64,000 nucleotides of DNA from Candidatus Enterousia sp. (GCA_045612805.1 JAZKZR010000008.1:6276-70275); one strand, 5' to 3'; counted from the stretch's first letter, positions 39,297-49,811 are shown. Program-made: numbers and translations. The notes: a model not told the origin generated them from the sequence alone.

Positions 39297-39383
39297 TGGT
39301 GGGAGTGGGTGGATTCGAACCACCTCAGGCTTAAGCCAACAGATTTACAGTCTGCCCCGGCTCTCCAACTCCGGCGCACGCCC
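39297..39383 (-). tRNA. tRNA-Tyr, anticodon GUA
   Basis: Hand-folded. Anticodon loop CTGTAAA, long variable arm, T-arm GGTTCGAATCC, encoded CCA. One acceptor-stem mismatch as read. Confidence 0.75.
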
Positions 39384-39478
39384 GATCTCTAATCTGCCCG
39401 TCTCTGTGTGCTTCGCACACTCCGCCGCGGCACAGGATTTTCTTAATTGTGCGCGCTGCGCGCAATAATGAAAATCCG

Positions 39479-39553
39479 TGGTGCGGGCAGCGGGACTCGA
39501 ACCCGCATATCAAGCTTGGAAGGCTTGCGTACTAGCCCTTGTACTATGCCCGC
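39479..39553 (-). tRNA. tRNA-Gly, anticodon UCC
   Basis: GCGGGCA acceptor stem, anticodon loop CTTCCAA, T-arm GGTTCGAGTCC, encoded CCA. Confidence 0.8.
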
Positions 39554-39699
39554 AACGAGTTCACAGTACGCAGATTATATAATATATTTGATAAAAATCA
39601 AGTGGTAAATTGTGGGACAGTGTTATCCGTCTTCGTCCGTCACCGCGAAGCGGTGCCGCGACTACGCCGAGACTGCGCCAGGGCTTTCGCCCCGGCTTG

Positions 39700-39850
39700 G
39701 TGTAAGTGGATAGTGATTAGTAAAGAACAAGTCATACCGCGGAAGCGCGGTATCTGGTGGGTTCAACGGTGACGACAAGATACCGCCCGAAATCACCCAC
39801 GCAAAACAAAGTTTTGCGCGGGGCCTGATACGGCGGTATGACGGGAATTT
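39700..39850. repeat. composite repeat copy E (heptad-like + GTCATACCGCG hairpin + long nested GATACCGC hairpin)
   Basis: gtaagtggatagtgattag ... gtcataccgcggaagcgcggtatc ... gataccgcccgaaatcacccacgcaaaacaaagttttgcgcggggcctgatacggcggtatgacgg. Confidence 0.65.
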
Positions 39851-39867
39851 TTTTTGGGCGTGAAAAA

Positions 39868-41073
39868 TTACTTTACTGATTGATTTTTATTTTCGCATTT
39901 TTTGATTGCCGCATTCCAATGTTGACCTTTGCTACAAAGAACACAATTTTTGTATTCCGATGGACTTGATTTCATCCAACATTTTCCAACATTGTGCATC
40001 CCGTCTAACAAATCTTTTGCATACAGCGTATATTCAACACACTTTTCACCGTTGACACCTTGCGTTTTGGTCGTTGCGCACGGAATACATGTTTTATTTT
40101 CATCAAGCCCATAGCCATCTATGCAAGTATATTTTTGGCACGTTCCATCTTTGTATATTTTGTAATTTTCTGTGTAACTAGTTGGTTCAGACCAACCACT
40201 GCACCATCCATTACTAGATTGATTATCGTTGTTGCATTCACAAGCAGTAGCATCGCTGTTTGGCACATAACCATCATAACACAACAATACAGGGCTTTCA
40301 TTTGAATATGCGGAACTTATCCAGCTTTTTATTCCACCACCAGTTTTACTCCGTTGTCCGACAATTTTAATTGGTGCAACCTTTATTCCATGCGCAACTT
40401 TCCCAACAACCCCAAGGACGACATGATCTGTTTTACGGTCTTCATCATCTGTTCCATACTTACTGGTATAAGATATTACTTCCATTTCCGTCGTATGGCG
40501 ATAGGTAGTCCCTGTTTCAGCATAATAACTCGTATATTCTGAGCGTAGATTTGTCCATTTTGGTAACCCGGTAAAATATCCAGTTGGTCCACGTCCCATT
40601 AAACCGCCACCTTGTGAGGCAGGTGTACCTGTCACAGAACACATCTCAGCACCCGGCACCCCACATGTTGCTCCAGTATACCCTTTGACACAGACAGTTT
40701 TGCAATTTTTCCAAACATCGTCGTCATTGTTCCAATAATAATCCAGCCAAACCCAATATTTACCATTTTTATTAGCGGCCTGTATTTGCACTGGGCAAAA
40801 TTCCGCACCGTTATCATAAATTTTTCGTGCCGCCCAGATTATAATCGCCCCTTCGTCATCGTATGTACCATGTCGAACGTGATTTTCGTTTTTGGCAAAT
40901 TCCGCCTCCACGTCCGGATAAAAATCTGTAATACTCGTTGAAAAAGAATTGCTTGCCTTCCACCATGGTGAAACTTGTGTTTTTTGAGGCTCGGGTAACC
41001 AACTTGGGACTTCTGCCCCCATCGCACCGCTGGCCAAGATTATTCCGCAAATTGCAATAATTATTTTTCTCAT
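39868..41073 (-). CDS. secreted Cys-rich protein (401 aa) with CxC..GY..C repeats; family member C
   Basis: Signal peptide MRKIIIAICGIILASGAMGA, plus modules CKTVCVKGYTGATC, CYDGYVPNSDATACEC and CIDGYGLDENKTCIPC. Confidence 0.65.
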   Translation of the reverse strand: MRKIIIAICGIILASGAMGAEVPSWLPEPQKTQVSPWWKASNSFSTSITDFYPDVEAEFAKNENHVRHGTYDDEGAIIIWAARKIYDNGAEFCPVQIQAANKNGKYWVWLDYYWNNDDDVWKNCKTVCVKGYTGATCGVPGAEMCSVTGTPASQGGGLMGRGPTGYFTGLPKWTNLRSEYTSYYAETGTTYRHTTEMEVISYTSKYGTDDEDRKTDHVVLGVVGKVAHGIKVAPIKIVGQRSKTGGGIKSWISSAYSNESPVLLCYDGYVPNSDATACECNNDNQSSNGWCSGWSEPTSYTENYKIYKDGTCQKYTCIDGYGLDENKTCIPCATTKTQGVNGEKCVEYTLYAKDLLDGMHNVGKCWMKSSPSEYKNCVLCSKGQHWNAAIKKCENKNQSVK

Positions 41074-41167
41074 TGGAATTCTCCCTGATTAAAAATCCTT
41101 TCGGGTTTAGCGTAGCAATTTCATATCGCACTTGCAAATGAATTTTTTTTATTTTACAATTAAACTC

Positions 41168-43207
41168 ATGAAATTAAAAAAAGTTTTTCGTTTCTTTCTG
41201 CATGTGATTTTTTGGTGCGTGGTCGCGGGAATTGCCGCGGTGGCCGCGTTGTTTTTGATATATGGTGGGAATTTGCCGGACTATCGGAAACTTGCCACAT
41301 ACGCGCCACCGGTTGCAACCCGGCTTTATGCCGCGGACGGTTCGTTGCTGATTGAATATGCCGAAGAACGTCGCGTGTTTATTGACTTTGAAGATATGCC
41401 GCCGCAACTTGTGAATGCATTTGTCGCCGCCGAAGATCAAAATTTCTGGACCCATCCGGGGATTGATATTCAGGGAATTTTGCGCGCATCGATAAATAAT
41501 TTTATGCGCACACTTGGGTTCAATACGACTTTTACCGGCGCGTCAACCATCACGCAACAGGTTGCAAAAAATTTCTTTCTGTCGTCCGACCGCACGATTT
41601 CGCGCAAGATTAAAGAGGCGATTTTGGCGTTGCGCCTGGAACGCGCGTTTTCGAAAAAGCATATTATGACGCTTTATTTGAATCAAATCTTTTTGGGTGC
41701 GCGCGCGTATGGTGTTGGGTCGGCGGCGCTGATGTATTTTAATAAACCGGTAAAAGATTTAACACTATCAGAGTGCGCGTTTTTGGCATCGTTGCCAAAG
41801 GCACCAAATGACCGCGCGCGCGCCGAAGAACGCCGGAACTATGTGTTGCGCCGCATGGCCGCGGAAAAATATATCACACGCGAACAGGCCGATGCCGCCG
41901 CCGCGGAACCGTTGAACATCAACAGTGGTTTTACCGCACAAATGGAAGATGATTTTCAATACTTTGCCGAAGATGTACGCCGGCAATTGCTAAATCAACT
42001 TGGGCGCGAAACACTTTATAATCAAGGGTTATATATAAAAACAACAATTATTCCGGAATATCAACGCGCCGCGTCCGCCGCGCTAAACAAAGCGTTGGAT
42101 GCGTATAACGAAGGGCGCACGGAAAAATTACAGGGCGCAATTATCGTCATGAATCCGCATACCGGGCGAATACTTGCCATGGCGGGCGGACGTTCATTCG
42201 CACAAAGTTCGTTCAACCGCGCGACCCAGGCGATGCGCCAGATTGGCAGTACGATAAAACCGTTCGTGTATTTGGCGGCGTTGGAACGTGACTTTTCACC
42301 CGAAGGTTTGATTTCGGATACGCCGATTGTTGGGTGGCGTGAAAATAATATGCAATGGAAGCCGGAAAATTACGATAAAAAATTCCTGGGCGATGTGCCG
42401 TTGCGTTTGGCATTGGAAACTTCGCGTAATGTCCCAAGTGTTCGCATGGTTGATAAGATTGGTGTTGAAAATGCCGTAGAGGTTGCAAAACGATTCGGTG
42501 TATATCCCGAAGATATGAATAATTTGAACCTGTCGATGGCACTTGGGTCGGGCGAAACGACACTTGAAAGATTGGTGCTTGGGTATTCCGCGTTTGTGAA
42601 CGGTGGCCGCCGGATTCAACCGAAAATGGTGGACTATATCGAAGACCGGTATGGTAATGTCATCGGCGGCAACAAAACCGAAATTATCGAATGGGTTGAT
42701 GGTATGGAACCCGAACCCGAAGTGGCGGATTCCGAACCTTTGTCCGACCCGCAAAGTTTATATCAATTGGTGTCGATTTTGCAAGGTGCGGTTGAACGCG
42801 GAACGGGACGCCAGGCCGCCGTTGCCGGGCATACAATTGCCGGAAAAACCGGAACGACCAACGATGTCAAAGATGTTTGGTTTGTCGGATTTACAAAAAA
42901 CCTTATTGCGGGTGTGTATTTGGGTTATGACACGCCAAAACCGCTTGGCAAAGGCGCGGGCAGCCATATGGCCGCGCGTGCATTTGCGGACTTTATGACC
43001 GTGGCACTTGCCAACGAAAAGAATCAGCCGTTTGCCGTGCCGGACGGATTAAACTTTGTGCGGGTGAATCGTGCGACCGGTGTTTCCGCCGCCGAAGACC
43101 CGTCGGGCACCATTATTACCGAAGCGTTTAAGCCCGGGCAATATCCAAACCCCGCAAAGGCGAAAACAACCGAACAATCCGATGCGGTTGTCGGTGGAAT
43201 TTTCTAA
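41168..43207 (+). CDS. mrcA: penicillin-binding protein 1A (bifunctional transglycosylase/transpeptidase)
   Basis: GT51 motifs EDQNFWTHPGID and RKIKE, plus the transpeptidase SXXK (STIKP), SRN and KTGT. Confidence 0.9.
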   Translation: MKLKKVFRFFLHVIFWCVVAGIAAVAALFLIYGGNLPDYRKLATYAPPVATRLYAADGSLLIEYAEERRVFIDFEDMPPQLVNAFVAAEDQNFWTHPGIDIQGILRASINNFMRTLGFNTTFTGASTITQQVAKNFFLSSDRTISRKIKEAILALRLERAFSKKHIMTLYLNQIFLGARAYGVGSAALMYFNKPVKDLTLSECAFLASLPKAPNDRARAEERRNYVLRRMAAEKYITREQADAAAAEPLNINSGFTAQMEDDFQYFAEDVRRQLLNQLGRETLYNQGLYIKTTIIPEYQRAASAALNKALDAYNEGRTEKLQGAIIVMNPHTGRILAMAGGRSFAQSSFNRATQAMRQIGSTIKPFVYLAALERDFSPEGLISDTPIVGWRENNMQWKPENYDKKFLGDVPLRLALETSRNVPSVRMVDKIGVENAVEVAKRFGVYPEDMNNLNLSMALGSGETTLERLVLGYSAFVNGGRRIQPKMVDYIEDRYGNVIGGNKTEIIEWVDGMEPEPEVADSEPLSDPQSLYQLVSILQGAVERGTGRQAAVAGHTIAGKTGTTNDVKDVWFVGFTKNLIAGVYLGYDTPKPLGKGAGSHMAARAFADFMTVALANEKNQPFAVPDGLNFVRVNRATGVSAAEDPSGTIITEAFKPGQYPNPAKAKTTEQSDAVVGGIF

Positions 43208-43283
43208 AGCCAAAAAAATTTCTAAATAACATTTCACTATTCAAACTATTGTGATAAAATATAGGCATAAAAAAGGAGAAATT

Positions 43284-44372
43284 ATGCTTACGGATTATTT
43301 GTTATCACACGGGTTTGGATTGTTCTTTGGCGGTTGGACGCAGTTTGGCGCGGCGTTTGGCACGGCGTTTATTATTATGATGCTGTTTGGGCGGCCGTTT
43401 ATTCGCGCGATGCACGCGTGGCAGAAAAAAGGTCAACCGATTAGTGAAAATGTCCCGGAATCGCATCGGCAAAAGGCGGGAACACCGACGATGGGCGGAA
43501 TGCTGATTGTAATTGCGACATTGGTTGGGGCGATTTTGTTTATGCCGGTCGATAGTATGACGGGGTGGATTGCGTTGCTGTCGCTTGTTATGTTTTCAAT
43601 TATCGGGTTTATCGATGACTATAAAAAAGTGACAAGCCAATCGAAAAAGGCATCAAATGGGCTTTCGCCGGCGCTACGTTTGATTGTCGAAGGTGTTTGC
43701 GTTGTGGTGCTTGCGTATCTTATCAACCTGACTATGCCGTCGTATATTCCGGATAATTCGCTTGCGTTGCCGTTTGGAATAATCTTTCCACTTGGGATAT
43801 TTTACTATGTGTTTGCGTATTTTGTTATATGCGGTGGTGCGAACGCGACAAATATCACGGACGGGTTGGATGGAATGTTGGTTAAACTTTATATTCCGGT
43901 GTTGATTGTGTTGGTTGTTGCACTTTATGGTGCAACGCGCATCGGGTTTATGGATACGGTTTTATTTATGCCGGCGACCAGTGGTTTGTACCCGGTCCTT
44001 GGGGCGGTGTTTGGTGCGGTCCTTGGGTTTTTGTGGTTTAATGCGCGGCCGGCGGCGATATTTATGGGCGATGTTGGGTCACTTGCACTTGGCGGATTTA
44101 TGGGAACGGTCGCGATGTTGTTAAAATCCGAAGTCATCATGGGTATTGCGGCGGCGATGATGGTGTTGATTTTGCTGTCGTCATTTTTGCAAACGATGTT
44201 TTTCAAAATCACAAGACATGCAACCGGCACAGGACGGCGGATTTTCCTGCGCGCGCCGTTGCACCATCATTTTGAAGAATTGGGGTGGCCGGAAACGAAA
44301 ATCGTGGATAGGTTTTTTGTATTGTCGATTTTGTTTTCGGGACTTGCGTTGATGTTGTTGAAATTTGCATAA
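43284..44372 (+). CDS. mraY: phospho-N-acetylmuramoyl-pentapeptide transferase
   Basis: SD aaaaaggaga. Conserved NATNITDGLDG and the HHHFE motif. Confidence 0.93.
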   Translation: MLTDYLLSHGFGLFFGGWTQFGAAFGTAFIIMMLFGRPFIRAMHAWQKKGQPISENVPESHRQKAGTPTMGGMLIVIATLVGAILFMPVDSMTGWIALLSLVMFSIIGFIDDYKKVTSQSKKASNGLSPALRLIVEGVCVVVLAYLINLTMPSYIPDNSLALPFGIIFPLGIFYYVFAYFVICGGANATNITDGLDGMLVKLYIPVLIVLVVALYGATRIGFMDTVLFMPATSGLYPVLGAVFGAVLGFLWFNARPAAIFMGDVGSLALGGFMGTVAMLLKSEVIMGIAAAMMVLILLSSFLQTMFFKITRHATGTGRRIFLRAPLHHHFEELGWPETKIVDRFFVLSILFSGLALMLLKFA

Positions 44373-44385
44373 AGGAAAATCGCGT

Positions 44386-45531
44386 ATGTTTAAACGGACG
44401 GAAGAAAGCAAACTTACCAGTTGGTTTTTCGAAATCGATAGACGATTGCTATATATGGTTTTGTTGCTGATGCTGATTGGTATGTTCTTTGCCGTTTCCG
44501 CCGGCAGTGTCGTTGCGTATCAAAAAGGATGGCCGTGGTATACGTTCTTGGTCAAAGGGTTGCCTTTTTATGGATTGGGACTGGTGTTTTTGTTCGGGGC
44601 AAGTTTGTTAAACAAAAAAACGATTTTGAAATTGTCGTTTTTGGATGTTATTGTTGGCCTTGTATTGCTTGCGGTCACATTTATTGCACCGACCAGATTA
44701 AATAATTCCGACCGTTTTATTGTTATTTCGGGTTTGCCCAATATTATGCCGGCCGATATTATGAAACCCGGATTTATTATTGTTACCGCGTGGTTTTTGG
44801 CGGAAATGCACCGGCGGTTTGGTGAAAAACTTTTTACCGCGCGTGACGCGTGGAAATGGCGCGCACCGAATTGGTGGATGTATATTGCGGTGTTTATTCC
44901 GGCATTGGCAATAATTTTCCAACACCCTGATGTTGGCACAAGTTTACTTTACCTTGGGGTTTTGATTTGTATGTTGTTGATTGCGGGATTGCCATGGTTG
45001 GCGGTTGGTGGTATGGTCGGCGCGGGCGCGGGGCTTTTAACACTGGCCTATTATATTGTGCCGCATGTACAAAAACGTATAAACACATTATTTACCGGTA
45101 CCGGTGATAATTTACAGGTCAGCCGATCTGTTCAGTCAATCCAACACGGTGGTTTTTTTGGCAGTGGCGACAACGCGTTCGTCAAAGAAGGCCTGCCCGA
45201 TGCGCATACTGATTTTATCTATGCCGCAATTGTCGAAGATTTGGGCGCGATATTGGCGGTTATTATGTTGTGCCTTTTGATATATGTATTGAAATTGTTG
45301 GTGACGGATGCAATGAACGCACGCGATAGGTTCGTGTTCTATGCGGTTGGTGGCACGGCGGCGCTGTTCGGGATTCAGTGTTGTATAAACCTGGTATCGA
45401 CATTGGGACTGTTTGCGCCAAAGGGTATGACTTTGCCATTTATATCGTACGGGGGTAGTTCGCTGGTCGGATTTTGCCTGCTGTTTGGAATGGTACTTGC
45501 CATTGTGCGCGAAGATAAATGGCGCGGATAA
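44386..45531 (+). CDS. ftsW: SEDS-family lipid II flippase/polymerase FtsW
   Basis: 10 TM SEDS protein directly after mraY. No murD between them. Confidence 0.85.
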   Translation: MFKRTEESKLTSWFFEIDRRLLYMVLLLMLIGMFFAVSAGSVVAYQKGWPWYTFLVKGLPFYGLGLVFLFGASLLNKKTILKLSFLDVIVGLVLLAVTFIAPTRLNNSDRFIVISGLPNIMPADIMKPGFIIVTAWFLAEMHRRFGEKLFTARDAWKWRAPNWWMYIAVFIPALAIIFQHPDVGTSLLYLGVLICMLLIAGLPWLAVGGMVGAGAGLLTLAYYIVPHVQKRINTLFTGTGDNLQVSRSVQSIQHGGFFGSGDNAFVKEGLPDAHTDFIYAAIVEDLGAILAVIMLCLLIYVLKLLVTDAMNARDRFVFYAVGGTAALFGIQCCINLVSTLGLFAPKGMTLPFISYGGSSLVGFCLLFGMVLAIVREDKWRG

Positions 45532-45555
45532 TTTTTTGCCAAAAAGGGGGTCAAA

Positions 45556-46602
45556 ATGAAAATCTGGATTGCAACTGGCGGAACAGGTGGACATGTTTTT
45601 CCGGCACTGGCGGTGGCGGACGAAATTGCCGCACGCGGACATAAAATAATTATTTCTTGCGATGGGCGCGTTCGTAAAATGGTTGCAGACGGCGCACCGC
45701 GCGGTGCAAAACGCGTTCACATTTGGGCGGCGGGTGTTGGCGCAAAAAGTCGCGTACATCAAATGTGGGCATTGTTTAAAATTGGCGTTTCGGCCATCGC
45801 ATTGGTTTTGCGATTCGCGTTCACACGTCCGAACCGGGTCGTTGCGTTCGGCGGATATGCGTCTGTGCCGGCGGTTTTCGCAGCGCATGTGTGGAAAATT
45901 CCAACATACCTGCATGAACAGAACGGCGCAATCGGGCGCGCAAACCGTTTTACCATGCGTTGGGTTAAAACATTGATGACCAGTTTCCATGATGTTTCCG
46001 GAATTCCAAAGAATAAAAATGTGCGCGTGGTTTATACTGGACTGCCGGTGCGGCGTGATTTTATCGAACGCGCGGGCGCACCGTTGCCAAAGAAATCACA
46101 CTTACTCGTGACGGGCGGGTCATTGGGCGCGCAAATCTTGGACGATGTTGTGCCGCGCGCGGTTGCGGCGATGGGCAATAAAAAGATTTTCGTCACGCAC
46201 CAAACACGACCGGAAAATGTTGTGCGTTTGCAAAAATTCTATGCCGACAACAAAATTCACGCAAATGTGTTGTCGTTTATTCGTGATATGGCGGGCGCGA
46301 TTGCGGATTCGGACCTTGTCATCGGGCGCAGCGGGGCCAGCACCGTCGTCGAACTTATGACCATCGGCCGGCCGGCGATATTGGTGCCATTGGCCATCAA
46401 TCCAGACCAGGCGGCAAACGCGGCAAACTATGAAAAATTGGGTGGTGGATTTGCCATAGATCAAAAGAAATTCACCGAAAAATGGTTGTCGGCGACATTG
46501 TCCGAATTGTTTGAAAACGAGGCACGTCTTGAAAAAATGGCAAAGAAATCATTGGTGAAAAACACCGCCGTTGAAATGATTGCAGATACGGTTTTGCGTT
46601 AA
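45556..46602 (+). CDS. murG: UDP-GlcNAc:undecaprenyl-PP-MurNAc-pentapeptide GlcNAc transferase
   Basis: ATGGTGGHVFPALAVA N-terminal motif; SD aaaagggggt. Confidence 0.92.
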   Translation: MKIWIATGGTGGHVFPALAVADEIAARGHKIIISCDGRVRKMVADGAPRGAKRVHIWAAGVGAKSRVHQMWALFKIGVSAIALVLRFAFTRPNRVVAFGGYASVPAVFAAHVWKIPTYLHEQNGAIGRANRFTMRWVKTLMTSFHDVSGIPKNKNVRVVYTGLPVRRDFIERAGAPLPKKSHLLVTGGSLGAQILDDVVPRAVAAMGNKKIFVTHQTRPENVVRLQKFYADNKIHANVLSFIRDMAGAIADSDLVIGRSGASTVVELMTIGRPAILVPLAINPDQAANAANYEKLGGGFAIDQKKFTEKWLSATLSELFENEARLEKMAKKSLVKNTAVEMIADTVLR

Positions 46603-47156
46603 AAACTGTATCCAATCGACAGGCCGGCAAAGTTAAACCCAAGGTTCGTTTCGGTAAAATCGCCGTTCGAAAAGTGCAATGTAAAAAATTCCACACGTGT
46701 ACGTTCGGCAATACGGGCGCCGATGAAAAACTTTTCACCAAAGACCAGGCGACTTGATACCCAACGGTCGTGGTTATCACGATAATACGGTCCAACACCG
46801 ATTCCCGCATAGATTCCGTGCCATGAAATCGGCGCGATATCCCACGAAATTCCACCACCGAAAAATGACAATCCGTCCGCAGAATTGTATGCGATATTTT
46901 GAATCAGATTAAAATTCATACGCGCCGGAAAACGAAAAATTGTCATTGGTTGTGAATACTGGACCATAATTGATGTCATCGGAACGATTTCCCAAATTCC
47001 CGGATACATAAGGTGCAACAGTGAACCTGAACCCGTACTTTGCGCGACATAAATTGACAATGAATTTTCATCCGTATCGTCAAAGAAAACATTGTCCGTC
47101 GCGTTTGCCACACCAAATAAAGTAAAAGCAAAAATTGCAATAAATATCTTTTTCAT
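46599..47156 (-). CDS. outer-membrane lipid A 3-O-deacylase-like protein (PagL family)
   Basis: Signal peptide, HFSNG catalytic His/Ser motif, and a C-terminal aromatic ...SIGYSF barrel signature. Its stop overlaps the murG stop (shared ttaa). Confidence 0.55.
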   Translation of the reverse strand: MKKIFIAIFAFTLFGVANATDNVFFDDTDENSLSIYVAQSTGSGSLLHLMYPGIWEIVPMTSIMVQYSQPMTIFRFPARMNFNLIQNIAYNSADGLSFFGGGISWDIAPISWHGIYAGIGVGPYYRDNHDRWVSSRLVFGEKFFIGARIAERTRVEFFTLHFSNGDFTETNLGFNFAGLSIGYSF

Positions 47157-47259
47157 AATGCGATTATATTGCGAATAAGGTTCATGTGCAATAAAATAAA
47201 CCTATTGACTTTTTTATGTAAAAATACTTACCATAAAGCGCATACAAAAGGGAGAAAAA

Positions 47260-47556
47260 ATGAAAAAGATATTTGTATTGGGAATACTTGTCGGTGCCGT
47301 ATCTGTTTATGGGGCGCGCGCGGAACTTGTCGAAACCGTCACCACCACGGAAAGCGATGTTGTTACGGTTGAAAATCCAACAGTGGCAGAACCGGTTGCC
47401 GAACCAACGGTGGTCGCGGTGGAACCTGTGGCCGAACCGGTCGTTGTCCAAGAAGAATTTGATGAAACAATCGAAGAAGTTGTTCCACCAGAAGAAGAAC
47501 CGGAACCCGAACCAGTAGAAGAATATCCGGTGCCAACCGAAGATATTCCGGATTAA
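47260..47556 (+). CDS. small secreted acidic Pro/Glu/Val-rich repeat protein (98 aa)
   Basis: Signal peptide, then a low-complexity run of (EPVAEP / EEEPEPEP) repeats. Confidence 0.5.
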   Translation: MKKIFVLGILVGAVSVYGARAELVETVTTTESDVVTVENPTVAEPVAEPTVVAVEPVAEPVVVQEEFDETIEEVVPPEEEPEPEPVEEYPVPTEDIPD

Positions 47557-47572
47557 AAATGATATGTAAAAA

Positions 47573-47598
47573 TTACCCGCCGTGTGGCGGGTTTTATT
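47573..47598 (+). terminator. rho-independent terminator
   Basis: acccgccgtgtggcgggt followed by tttatt. Confidence 0.65.
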
Positions 47599-47627
47599 GT
47601 TTACAAAAATTTATAAATCTGATATAA
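47599..47627 (+). promoter_or_regulatory. promoter of the Cys-rich A gene (TTTACA-17-TATAAT)
   Basis: Perfect -10 hexamer and a 5/6 -35 hexamer. The 5' UTR carries a 16 bp perfect palindrome, agttcgcaatcgaact, at 47647-47662. Confidence 0.55.
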
Positions 47628-47706
47628 TGACATGTGATAGTAGTATAGTTCGCAATCGAACTGTGCGGTGAAAGGGTTGGAATTCCGGGACATTTAGGAG
47701 AGTTTG

Positions 47707-49764
47707 ATGAAGAAAAATTCTTTGCAAAATTTTGGCAAAAATGCATTGGGCACGATGTTCTTGCTGGTTGGTGCGTTTTTGGTTTGTTCAACATTTTTAT
47801 CGATGCGGGTTGTGTTCGCCGATCCGATTGGACCGATGCTTGGGAATGACGAAACCGCGGGTGATGGTTTAACACTGGGGTGGCAAAGTCCGCGCAATAG
47901 CACGGGCCGTAATGTTCGCGCAACCGCGCCGCGGCCCACAACCGGGGTGGCCACAACAACCGCAACACGTAATGTTGTGCAACGCCCAACAACCGATATT
48001 GCACGTGGTGCGACCGCACGCGGTGTCGTTTCACGTGAATTGGCGCGCCGTTCTTCGCGCGCGACCGCGCCGACACGCACCGTTCGCGCACGCACCGCAA
48101 CGACAAATCCCGCGCGCGTGTCTTTACAGGGCGATGCAATTCGTGGAACCAAAACCATTAGCGGGACATATTACACATATTTGAACAGCAAACTTTACAC
48201 CGGGAATTACAGCAATATCGTTGATTCTTCGACGGGGCTTATTTCCGCGGACGCGTATAGCAACTGTTTGGAATCGTACTATACGTGCATGGACGAAATC
48301 TGCACCGCCCGTAACGAGGCACAACGCCGTTGCGCATGCGCCGGCCGGGTCAAAGCATTTGCAGAGGCGGAAAATGCACTAAATTCCGCGAATGAAGAAT
48401 TGATTAAAATTTCCGGACAGTTGGCATTGCTGATTGCAAACAAGGGCAAAGAGGTTAGTGCGGCATTCGAACTGACCGATGCAGAAAGGGTTATGAATTG
48501 CGTTTCATGGCGAGAAGCGAGTGATAACGGAACGAATTCTAACAAATTTGGCGATTGGTGCGCGGAACACGGGCTCTTTAGTTCTGGCGGACGTGACGTT
48601 TGTTCATATAATCAGGCACCATCGTATTGCACAAGCGAACAGGTTTATGGGTTTAATGTCGCCAATTTGGATGGGGCTGGGTCTGATATTTTGGCATCAC
48701 TTTCGGCATGGGCGGATGAAGTAAAGGCGAACACCGATACGATTCTGGCGGATAACACAGATTCCGTGTTCCAAGCGATGGAAAATGTGACAACAATTTT
48801 GAATGGAATCGGCGGTTCGACCGCGTCAATAATCAACGAAGAAACACGCGATACACTTGCGGAAACATGGGGATACGATTTGTTCCGCTATGCACATAAT
48901 AATGTTTGTGCACGTGTTTTGGATTCTTGCTTTAACGGAATATACGAAGGTTGTGGCACACCGCCGTCGGGTGGCCGTTGCGCGAACGGTGCAACATCGT
49001 CTTGTCCGTTTAATTACAACAGCAAAGTGACGATTTCTTCGTCTGGCGATGTAAAATTAAACGAACGCAGCAATATCGGCACCGCCGCGAATGCGTCTTG
49101 CTTTGGTTACAGTTCTTCGAACGACCCGTATGAAAACCTGCGTGGACCGGTTGCGGATGCGCGGCGCAGCGTGATGCAAAAATACTTGCTGGATGCGAAC
49201 GCGGATTGCGATTTGTACGGCGAACAGTTAAAGGCAACCGCACAAAAGATTGCATATCAAAAGGTTGCTGCACAACAGGCGTTGCAACAAAAACGGTTAG
49301 AGTTTTATAACAACGAACGCGATGAGGTCTTGTCCAAGGCGACCGCCGCGGGGACGAACTTTAACGAATGTATAAGTGAACTTTGGGATTGTTATGAAAC
49401 CCAGGCGCAGTCAAATGAAAATTGGCCGGATGCGCGTATTAAAACATATTGCGCACAGATTGCAAATGTTCCGCATTGCTATCAAGATATGATTTGCAAT
49501 CCGTCGTATGCACAATTTCGTGCGGTTATTGACAAACCAGATGGTTCTTGTACATGGAACGCAAGTGATTATACATTAAATACTTGTCGTAATATTGTGA
49601 CATTGAACGAGATATTAAATGGTGCCTCGTCAAATTACGGCAATCCACCAATGCCAAATGGTAGTGGTAATTCTGCGGATTTCCGTGAACAATGCCTGCG
49701 TGATGCCCTTGGGTGTCCGGGCGATGGATGTATCCGTAACTGGCGACGTTCCAGTGGTAATTAA
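47707..49764 (+). CDS. large secreted Cys-rich protein, paralog A (685 aa)
   Basis: Signal peptide, an Arg/Thr/Ala-rich low-complexity region, a conserved CLESYYTCMDEICTARNEAQRRCAC block shared with paralog B, a coiled-coil-like middle, and a Cys-dense C-terminus. SD aggaga. Confidence 0.7.
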   Translation: MKKNSLQNFGKNALGTMFLLVGAFLVCSTFLSMRVVFADPIGPMLGNDETAGDGLTLGWQSPRNSTGRNVRATAPRPTTGVATTTATRNVVQRPTTDIARGATARGVVSRELARRSSRATAPTRTVRARTATTNPARVSLQGDAIRGTKTISGTYYTYLNSKLYTGNYSNIVDSSTGLISADAYSNCLESYYTCMDEICTARNEAQRRCACAGRVKAFAEAENALNSANEELIKISGQLALLIANKGKEVSAAFELTDAERVMNCVSWREASDNGTNSNKFGDWCAEHGLFSSGGRDVCSYNQAPSYCTSEQVYGFNVANLDGAGSDILASLSAWADEVKANTDTILADNTDSVFQAMENVTTILNGIGGSTASIINEETRDTLAETWGYDLFRYAHNNVCARVLDSCFNGIYEGCGTPPSGGRCANGATSSCPFNYNSKVTISSSGDVKLNERSNIGTAANASCFGYSSSNDPYENLRGPVADARRSVMQKYLLDANADCDLYGEQLKATAQKIAYQKVAAQQALQQKRLEFYNNERDEVLSKATAAGTNFNECISELWDCYETQAQSNENWPDARIKTYCAQIANVPHCYQDMICNPSYAQFRAVIDKPDGSCTWNASDYTLNTCRNIVTLNEILNGASSNYGNPPMPNGSGNSADFREQCLRDALGCPGDGCIRNWRRSSGN

Positions 49765-49784
49765 AGGTTTTCTGACTTCTATTA

Positions 49785-49811
49785 AAACGGCGCGATGGCG
49801 CCGTTTTTTTA
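49785..49811 (+). terminator. rho-independent terminator
   Basis: cggcgc-gatg-gcgccg hairpin followed by a T7 run. Confidence 0.7.
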
